A stretch of DNA of 43,205 bases from a virus (lineage: Duplodnaviria > Caudoviricetes). The notes beneath the pieces were generated by a model. The model saw only the letters and a program-made list of their open reading frames with translations, was not told where the DNA came from and did no database searches. The stretch is from positions 1-43,205 of IMG/VR virus record IMGVR_UViG_3300037424_000957, one strand, 5' to 3'. Below, piece after piece: positions 26,736-33,396 of this stretch. How positions within the stretch are numbered: position 1 is the first letter of the stretch; every line of letters starts with the position of its first letter. The position numbers and the translations under genes are program-made.

Positions 26736-26801
26736 ATGGCCAAAAAAGCGGCAACGCCGAAGAAAGGCACAAAGAAGCCAGCACCCAAGAAGAGTTGCTA
26801 A
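26736..26801 (+). CDS. 21-aa Lys/Ala/Pro-rich basic peptide MAKKAATPKKGTKKPAPKKSC
   Basis: AGGAGG at 26718-26723; flanked by a structured leader and a 12-bp-closed hairpin. Confidence 0.6.
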   Translation: MAKKAATPKKGTKKPAPKKSC

Positions 26802-26822
26802 TTCTTTAATATTGCAGAATTG

Positions 26823-26895
26823 ACATCCCTCTCTGAAATTTTGACCGGCATATAGCAGGTCATAGCAATAGGATAAGGAAGAGAGGGATGTTTTT
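26823..26895 (+). terminator. long hairpin followed by a T run (terminator-like or small RNA)
   Basis: ACATCCCTCTCT/AGAGAGGGATGT 12-bp stem with inner TGACC/GGTCA stem, then TTTT. Confidence 0.5.
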
Positions 26896-26924
26896 AAAAA
26901 GATATTATAAATAACAATAAATTG

Positions 26925-27707
26925 TCGCTTCTTATCAGTGAAGGAAAATAAAAAGATAGGAGGTTCAACATGCGGTTCCTAGACCGAAGCCGGTAGCATA
27001 AGGAAAAGAACCTGTAAAACATAACACTATTAGATTAAATTTTATAATTATTAAATTTAAAGATTTACCGGACTTGGATTAAAGTTGGACTCCGATACAT
27101 GTCGGATGGCAGTGGCCTAAGACCGCCGGGATAGACCGGCAATTTATAACATTTTGTTTGCATTGTAACATTATATATGTTACAACTAGAAAGTAAGATC
27201 GCGGATTAGACTAGAAGCTCAGTCAGAAGCCTCATACGCTTCCTACAAGTGTGCAATTCACTTATCCGCTAATAAAATCTGACCGTATCCGTATTCGCGG
27301 CAACAGTAGGAAGTGAGCAGAACTTGACTGCTATTCAAGCCTTCCTGAATATTCGATTAAGATATACGAGAAGAACAAGCCTCAAAAGAGGGAAACTACT
27401 CTTCCTTAAAGATTTCTGAAAGATAATTCTAAAACGGTATTTGGTCCCGGGTGAATCCGAAATGGTTCCGGGAATAGATTTTCTACCGGGAGAGCGGGTC
27501 GCTTGCGTCCCAGTGTACACCTCTCCCGGTCTGGTATTATCCCACTGTTCATTTCGGTGACAGGTGCAACTGAAAAGTTTGCTTATCCTGCGATGCCTCT
27601 TAACAATGCACACTTCGGAGGATGTACGCAGAAAGGGCTAACCGAGTAAGCAGACGGAAAACTCAAGCGCAAGGTAATCCGACAACCGGTGGAAGTCCGG
27701 GCTGGTA
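26925..27707 (+). ncRNA. large structured ncRNA candidate (GOLLD/ROOL-like) enclosing or flanking tRNA-Met
   Basis: ORF-free and GC-richer; stems ACCGGGAGAG/CTCTCCCGGT, AGGAAG/CTTCCT, TCCCGG/CCGGGA, TTTGCTTA/TAAGCAGA, CTGCG/CGCAG, a UUCG loop, terminal CCGG-TGGAAGT-CCGG. Confidence 0.6.
27200..27271 (+). tRNA. tRNA-Met(CAT), no encoded CCA
   Basis: CGCGGAT/ATCCGCT acceptor, GACT/AGTC D stem, GAAGC-CTCATAC-GCTTC anticodon arm, AAGTG-TGCAATT-CACTT T arm. Confidence 0.85.
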
Positions 27708-27724
27708 TTATAAAAACAAATTAT

Positions 27725-28234
27725 ATGAATGAAAAACAAATCAAAAAATGTTCTGTAGAAGGCTGCGACAAAAAATATTATGCTAAAGGATATTGCCATT
27801 CTCATTATTATAGCAGAGTATTTATAGATTGCGGAGCTCTATACAAATGCAAGATTGAAGGTTGCAATAACAGTATTCATTCTAAAAGTATATATTGTTC
27901 TCAACATAAACGGAGAATAGATAACAAACTATCAACAGATTTAACCATAGATTTAAGAACGATCAATATGGTGGGTAATAAAAATCACAGATGGAATGGC
28001 GGGAACTCACAATATAAAAATCATTCCAAAATGAAAAGGAATAGAAAGATCCGTTTCGAACAGGTTGATTATATATGCGAAAAATGTGGGAACGATCAAG
28101 TCGCAAAAATATATCATAAAGACAGAGATAATACGAATCATGAGATAGATAATTTAATGGCAGTGTGCCAGGGTTGTTTCTGGGACATACACATGGAAGC
28201 AAGAAGATTAGGAATTAAATTAAAAATGAGGTAA
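27725..28234 (+). CDS. HNH endonuclease with N-terminal CxxxxC...CxxH repeats
   Basis: CSVEGC...YCHSHY, CKIEGC...YCSQH, RWNGG, CEKC...HKDRDNTNHEIDNL..VC..C. Confidence 0.8.
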   Translation: MNEKQIKKCSVEGCDKKYYAKGYCHSHYYSRVFIDCGALYKCKIEGCNNSIHSKSIYCSQHKRRIDNKLSTDLTIDLRTINMVGNKNHRWNGGNSQYKNHSKMKRNRKIRFEQVDYICEKCGNDQVAKIYHKDRDNTNHEIDNLMAVCQGCFWDIHMEARRLGIKLKMR

Positions 28235-28238
28235 AAAT

Positions 28239-29051
28239 ATGAAACGATTAAAAGTATTAAATACAGATTTAAGAAGTCCATTTCAAGATTTCCAATTTGA
28301 ATTAAATAAAAAATATCATTGTGATAATTTTGACGATAATCCAAATAATGATTGTTCGAATGGATTTTATGCAACGAAAATAGATGGATTACCATATTCA
28401 TTTAGACCAGACAGAAAAGTTTTCGAATGTGAAGTGTCAGGGAAAAAAGTTGAAATAAATCAATATAAATGTCGATACGAATATTTTGAACTTATCAAAG
28501 AAATTCCATTAAATATAATTAAACAAAAAGCAAAACATGTAGAAAATAAACTAGGATATAAATTATCTGAAATTTTATTCCCTATAAATCCATTTACTTT
28601 TGAACCTAAAAATTTATCAGAAAAAAAATTAATTAAATTGATAAAAGATTGGATTTCCGTGTGGGCTTCCGTGAGGGATTCCGTGAGGGATTCCGTGGGG
28701 GCTTCCGTGAGGGATTCCGTGTGGGCTTCCGTGAGGGATTCCGTGGGGACTTCCGTGGGGGCTTCCGTGTGGGCTTCCGTGTGGGCTTCCGTGTGGGATT
28801 CCGTGTGGGCTTCCGTGAGGGATTCCGTGAGGACTTCCGTGTGGGATTCCGTGGGGGCTTATATATCCTCGTTATTCCCTAATATTAAACAATGGCAATA
28901 TATCGACCATAAAAAAGAGAGTAACCCCTTTCAACCGGCAATTGATTTATGGAAATTCGGATATATAACATCTTTTGATGGTACTTCATATAGATTACAT
29001 GCTTATAAAGATGCAAGAATAGTATTAACTATAGATAAAAAAGATTTATAA
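28239..29051 (+). CDS. phage protein with 17 tetrapeptide SV(W/R/G)(A/D/T) repeats
   Basis: ORF track; GAGG RBS. Confidence 0.85.
   Translation: MKRLKVLNTDLRSPFQDFQFELNKKYHCDNFDDNPNNDCSNGFYATKIDGLPYSFRPDRKVFECEVSGKKVEINQYKCRYEYFELIKEIPLNIIKQKAKHVENKLGYKLSEILFPINPFTFEPKNLSEKKLIKLIKDWISVWASVRDSVRDSVGASVRDSVWASVRDSVGTSVGASVWASVWASVWDSVWASVRDSVRTSVWDSVGAYISSLFPNIKQWQYIDHKKESNPFQPAIDLWKFGYITSFDGTSYRLHAYKDARIVLTIDKKDL
28656..28859 (+). repeat. 17 x 12-bp coding tandem repeat TCCGTG-DGG-(GCT/GAT/ACT)
   Basis: direct reading. Confidence 0.95.
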
Positions 29052-29241
29052 AAAAACGAGGCGAGAGTATGAATGATATAGAAAAAGAAATTGAATTAAG
29101 ATCAAGATTAAGAGAAATTGATATAAATACTTTACAAAAAAGAATAGAAATAACACATAAATATAATCAGAAAAGGTTAGATTTAATGTTTGATGATAAT
29201 ACAAAAATATTAAATATTTTAAACAAAAATGAGGTAAAGAT

Positions 29242-29490
29242 ATGAATACAAAAGAACAGATTGAAGTAATGCAAGCATTTGTAGACGGGAAAGAAATAGA
29301 AATGAAAACCAAAATGAGCAACTACTGGAGTTTAATTATAGAACCACATTGGGATTGGGATCATGTTGATTATCGTGTGAAAGAAGAAAAAGAAATTGAA
29401 AAACTGTCAGAAAATGAATCTATTTCTGTAAAAGATTTTATTTTAAAATTAAATAAAGTGATAGAAGTGGTAAATAATTTAAAAAAATGA
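29242..29490 (+). CDS. hypothetical phage protein (P.WDW...DYRVK)
   Basis: ORF track; GAGG RBS. Confidence 0.8.
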   Translation: MNTKEQIEVMQAFVDGKEIEMKTKMSNYWSLIIEPHWDWDHVDYRVKEEKEIEKLSENESISVKDFILKLNKVIEVVNNLKK

Positions 29491-29519
29491 TTGCTTTTTA
29501 TTCTAGTAGTATATATATT
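29491..29519 (+). promoter_or_regulatory. sigma70-type promoter
   Basis: TTGCTT-17nt-TATATT. Confidence 0.55.
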
Positions 29520-29555
29520 GGTTGTGAAGTTGTTTCTTGCTATGTGCGAGATGAA

Positions 29556-29688
29556 TTTTTAGAACGATTGTGTAATATTAACAGGGTATAACACAAACGA
29601 TCTAAAAAATCGTTATAAAAACTCATAATATCAATGCTTTTCCCCTGTTAGAGGCTCACAAGGCTTCTTATTGATATTATGAGTTTTT
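29556..29688 (+). promoter_or_regulatory. two-hairpin leader with complementary loops
   Basis: stems 29556-29572/29592-29608 and perfect 19-bp 29617-29635/29670-29688; loops TAACAGGG and CCCTGTTA. Confidence 0.55.
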
Positions 29689-30092
29689 CTTTTTTAAAAA
29701 CAAAATCTATGCAAAATTATATTAAAGTCTATAAAGAATATTATGGAAATATTCCTAAAGGGTATCATGTCCACCATTTAGACCATAACCATAATAACAA
29801 TGAACCATGTAATTTAGTTGCAATTCCATCTAAAATTCATAGTCAATATCATTGGTATTTTAATGGATTAAAATATTTATTTAACGATCCAAAATATCTT
29901 TACATTCATACACATTCAGACGAAACAACTGATTCAATAGAATGTTTAAATAAATTTAAAGAATTATATTCAATCATTTCAGAAGAATTTATAAAAAATG
30001 ATAAAATATTATGTAATAAATATTACGAAGAATACACTAAAAATTGTAAATATAAAATATACGAACCTATATTAAACCAAGAGGTAATATAA
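29679..30092 (+). CDS. HNH-family protein (start may be ATG 29709)
   Basis: IPKGYHVHHLDHNHNNNEPCNLVAI...H..YH. Confidence 0.75.
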   Translation: MSFSFLKTKSMQNYIKVYKEYYGNIPKGYHVHHLDHNHNNNEPCNLVAIPSKIHSQYHWYFNGLKYLFNDPKYLYIHTHSDETTDSIECLNKFKELYSIISEEFIKNDKILCNKYYEEYTKNCKYKIYEPILNQEVI

Positions 30093-31654
30093 TGGATCAA
30101 AACTTTATTGAAAACGAATTAATAATATTATCAAAACAAACGCTTGATTTATTTTTAGAACAAAGTAATCCTACTGATTTAATTTCTCTTTATACTTTTT
30201 ATTATTATACAGCTAAATGGCAAAAAACAAATCAACCAAAATGTACTACAGAATACGCAGCCGCAGGATTAAAACGATCAGTTGATTGGGTTAGGTCTAA
30301 TAAAAAAATATTAATTGATTTAGGTTTAATTGAGGATATTAAATATAGAAATCCTCTAGGTCAACTTCACTATTATATTAAATTAAATTATATATTTAAA
30401 AAATCCACAGTAGAAAAGGTTATAACCAGTCTACCAAGTAATCGGGAGGGTGGATCAACCCAAGGGGAGGATTCCCAAAGGGGAAATGCTTCAAGTGTTG
30501 GTATTAATGCTTCAAGTGTTGGTATTAATGCTTCAAGTGCAGTATCTAAAGATACTGATACCGATCCAAAAAATGGATCGGATAAAATATCTTTCGGAAA
30601 AGAAAGCAAACAACTTCCCGAAAACAAAGATAACACCCCTTCCGAAAAAAAAGAATTTAAGTTAGATATGCCGTCCGCCGCCCCAGCCCCAAAATCTATG
30701 CAGACCCAGGCCCAAATTCCGTCTCAACAACAGCCTAAACCTAAAAAAACAAAAGAGAAGCAACCGGAATTACCCGAAAATAAATTCATTTCATACTGGA
30801 ACGCGCACGCAACCGGGGAAATGGCCGTACATAAAAGACGGGACACCGATACTTATTCTGATGCGGTAAAAATGTTTGAAGCGTTGGAGAAAGGAGTGTT
30901 TGCTAAAATAAACAGAACAAAAATAGATTGGCAAAAAGAATCCGGATTTGGTATAAATATTAATGATGTTTTAAACAGAAAATGGACGGAAGAAGAAATA
31001 TATAAGGCTATCGATAATTATGTTTACGACAATACTTTCGGAAGTTTTGCTCATAGTACCAATGGGAAACCTAAATCGTGTCGTGAATGGCTTTTAAATT
31101 CAAAATCCGGGCATAGTTGGGCTCTTGTTAATTTTACACATGACCCCAAGCCAGCAGAGCCCAGGATCCCTAAACCCCTCGACCCCGCTGTCCTCACCCA
31201 CTACCGCAAAGCCTTCTGCGGTGGCGATCTCAACCCTGTAGAGGAGGCGTATCTAGTGGCAGGAGTTAATTTTATAATCGGGAAACGAGATAAATTTCAT
31301 GAGAGTTCCGGTAAATATTTTACACCTAGTATGATTCAGGATATGGAATTTTTTAAACTCAATATTTTATGGCTGACGGAGAAGTTTTTTGACCGTGGGA
31401 ATTTCGAATTGACTATGTTGAAAGCCCCCGGAATGTGGGACAGATATGCTATCTGGCTGAAGACGACCCACAAAATCAATCTTGAGGTTTCTCCGTTAGC
31501 CATAGAGAGGTTGAGGCAGGACTACGAGAAGCGTGTGGAAGTAGCAGCGAAGCGTGAGAAAGAGAACGAGCAGGTGGAAGCCGAGGAGAAGGTTTGGAGG
31601 GAGTCTAGGGCAAAGAGTACGGGAAATAAATTCCAGATGGTGGGGGTAGCATGA
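30092..31654 (+). CDS. putative replication initiator (N-terminal wHTH, low-complexity linker)
   Basis: LYTFYYYTAKWQKTNQ...YAAAGLKRSVDWVR...LIDLGLIE HTH-like; Pro/Lys linker; FISYWN; upstream of DnaB. Confidence 0.65.
   Translation: MDQNFIENELIILSKQTLDLFLEQSNPTDLISLYTFYYYTAKWQKTNQPKCTTEYAAAGLKRSVDWVRSNKKILIDLGLIEDIKYRNPLGQLHYYIKLNYIFKKSTVEKVITSLPSNREGGSTQGEDSQRGNASSVGINASSVGINASSAVSKDTDTDPKNGSDKISFGKESKQLPENKDNTPSEKKEFKLDMPSAAPAPKSMQTQAQIPSQQQPKPKKTKEKQPELPENKFISYWNAHATGEMAVHKRRDTDTYSDAVKMFEALEKGVFAKINRTKIDWQKESGFGININDVLNRKWTEEEIYKAIDNYVYDNTFGSFAHSTNGKPKSCREWLLNSKSGHSWALVNFTHDPKPAEPRIPKPLDPAVLTHYRKAFCGGDLNPVEEAYLVAGVNFIIGKRDKFHESSGKYFTPSMIQDMEFFKLNILWLTEKFFDRGNFELTMLKAPGMWDRYAIWLKTTHKINLEVSPLAIERLRQDYEKRVEVAAKREKENEQVEAEEKVWRESRAKSTGNKFQMVGVA
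30485..30539 (+). repeat. 2.6 x 21-bp tandem repeat AATGCTTCAAGTGTTGGTATT (iteron candidate)
   Basis: direct reading; lies in the initiator linker. Confidence 0.85.
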
Positions 31655-31887
31655 AACTAAAATTTAAAAATAATCGTATTAGCTATGGCCAGGATTTTAA
31701 TACTTTTTGTGGAGTCCCTACCGGTATACCATTTCGTGTATCAAGAATTGTTAATGACAAGGTGCAACTGATTGCTGATGGATATGGAGATTTTAAAACT
31801 AATTATGGCAACGGTGCAATATATGTGTCGCTTAATAATCTGCCTGAAAAGGTTACAAATAAAATATTAAAAGAGTTTGGAGAATAA
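31651..31887 (+). CDS. hypothetical protein
   Basis: ATGA overlap. Confidence 0.7.
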   Translation: MKLKFKNNRISYGQDFNTFCGVPTGIPFRVSRIVNDKVQLIADGYGDFKTNYGNGAIYVSLNNLPEKVTNKILKEFGE

Positions 31888-32062
31888 AATAATGGAAATT
31901 ACAAATGAATTACGCATGGAATATTATATTATATGTTCCGCCGGATTCCGCGGAACAATAGAAGAATATATTGTTTACAAAGAAAATTACGATAAAAATA
32001 ATAAAACAAAAAAAGAACTTTACAAAAATATTGCAATAAATCATGATGATGAAAATGTTTAA
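31877..32062 (+). CDS. hypothetical protein
   Basis: ORF track. Confidence 0.5.
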   Translation: MENKIMEITNELRMEYYIICSAGFRGTIEEYIVYKENYDKNNKTKKELYKNIAINHDDENV

Positions 32063-32085
32063 TTTTAATAAGAGGAGAGTTTGAG

Positions 32086-32307
32086 ATGCATAAGACATGG
32101 ATTTTAGCGGAGACAGACAAGGGGGAGCGAACTTTTGCGTTGCTGATGTTTGAGTTTAAAAAATGTGAAAGTGCTTTATTTTATTATTATAAATTTATTT
32201 ATGATAATAAAGTACACGAAAGTTTTGACATTTTTTATCTTGATATCCTTAGGATTAAATTCTGGGATGCAGTGAATTGGATACTGGGGAAGTTAGGGAT
32301 AAAATAA
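32086..32307 (+). CDS. hypothetical protein
   Basis: GAGGAG RBS. Confidence 0.6.
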   Translation: MHKTWILAETDKGERTFALLMFEFKKCESALFYYYKFIYDNKVHESFDIFYLDILRIKFWDAVNWILGKLGIK

Positions 32308-32324
32308 TTTTTTGTGGGGGGGTA

Positions 32325-32492
32325 ATGAAAATAAGAAATTGGATAATGTTAATATTAGCTAAATGTTTTTATCATAAATTCGGTTATTGTAATTATTATG
32401 ATGTCCCTATGAAAAGATTAAATGGATGTGGTATATGCTCTGTTTGTAATTGGAGATGGAAATGCACACATTGGTCATTTAGGAGAAGATAA
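32325..32492 (+). CDS. small Cys-rich protein
   Basis: GGGGG RBS before ATG 32325. Confidence 0.55.
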   Translation: MKIRNWIMLILAKCFYHKFGYCNYYDVPMKRLNGCGICSVCNWRWKCTHWSFRRR

Positions 32493-32493
32493 T

Positions 32494-32829
32494 ATGAAAA
32501 AGATAAAAGATTTTTATGAAGCGTGGTGGTATTTATATGGTCATTCGGCATTCACTTATATCCATCCTGAATATAAAGTAGAATGGGGAAGTTTTCAGGA
32601 ATGTTTGGATATAGATGTTCAAAAGGTCAACCCGAAAACAAATCGAATTGAGAACGATGAAGATTTAAATACTAAAACTGTAGTATGGCTTGAATGTGGA
32701 GAATATATTTATGATGAGCATATAAAAGATTTTACACCATGCCATGATATTAGGTTAGATTGTGGTGGTGACACATTTGAGGAAGCAATTATTAAATTAG
32801 CGAATTTGGTTAAAAAACATTATAAATAA
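32494..32829 (+). CDS. conserved phage protein (VNP.T..I...N...VWLE.G...HD..LDCGG.TFEEAI)
   Basis: AGGAG RBS before ATG 32494. Confidence 0.8.
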   Translation: MKKIKDFYEAWWYLYGHSAFTYIHPEYKVEWGSFQECLDIDVQKVNPKTNRIENDEDLNTKTVVWLECGEYIYDEHIKDFTPCHDIRLDCGGDTFEEAIIKLANLVKKHYK

Positions 32830-32915
32830 ATGGTTAAATTTGTACGCGTTTTATGTTATATAATTTTATCAATGTATTTTTTAATCGGATTATTAATTCT
32901 TATATTGAGGTATAT

Positions 32916-33110
32916 ATGAAAAAAGTGCATTGTAAAAATTGTAGATATATAATTCATTTTCATAATGAATGTAGTAGTTCTTATGATTTTTGTAAAGCTT
33001 TCATGTTTTATGATAACAATACTTTTGTAATAAATGAAACTTCTTTATATAATGAATCAGGTGATTGTTTGGTTTATAAGCGTAAATGGTGGAAGATATG
33101 GAGTAAATAA
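32916..33110 (+). CDS. small Cys-rich protein
   Basis: GAGG RBS before ATG 32916. Confidence 0.65.
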   Translation: MKKVHCKNCRYIIHFHNECSSSYDFCKAFMFYDNNTFVINETSLYNESGDCLVYKRKWWKIWSK

Positions 33111-33111
33111 C

Positions 33112-33315
33112 ATGACCGCAATAAATACATATTTGAACGGTTTAACAAAATGTAAAAATCAAGATTGTACTGTTAAAATTTCCTGTCTTAGGTATTCTAT
33201 AACAGCTCCGGGAAGATATAAGATTAGAAATAATAAATGCGATTATTATTTTAAAGAGGTAGAAACTGGTGATGCTGCTATAAAGCAATTGAAAGATATG
33301 TTTGGTATGAAATAA
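33112..33315 (+). CDS. small Cys-rich protein
   Basis: GGAG RBS before ATG 33112. Confidence 0.65.
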   Translation: MTAINTYLNGLTKCKNQDCTVKISCLRYSITAPGRYKIRNNKCDYYFKEVETGDAAIKQLKDMFGMK

Positions 33316-33396
33316 AAATATAGTCAAAAAATAAAATATGTCACCGACATCCTTGCCGGCCAGTTCATTTCAAATCTGAATTAAAAGGATAACTAC

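Noticed and set aside
27335-27613. 92-aa minus-strand ORF
   Set aside because: Antisense to the structured RNA, against local gene orientation, no RBS
27725-28234. IscB/HEARO OMEGA nuclease
   Set aside because: Too short; no PLMP or RuvC motifs
28656-28859. DGR variable repeat or CRISPR array
   Set aside because: No reverse transcriptase or template repeat in the window, and no spacers
28649-28882. GFRE/GFRV repeat ORF
   Set aside because: Alternative frame of the 12-bp repeat, open only because the unit lacks stops; no RBS
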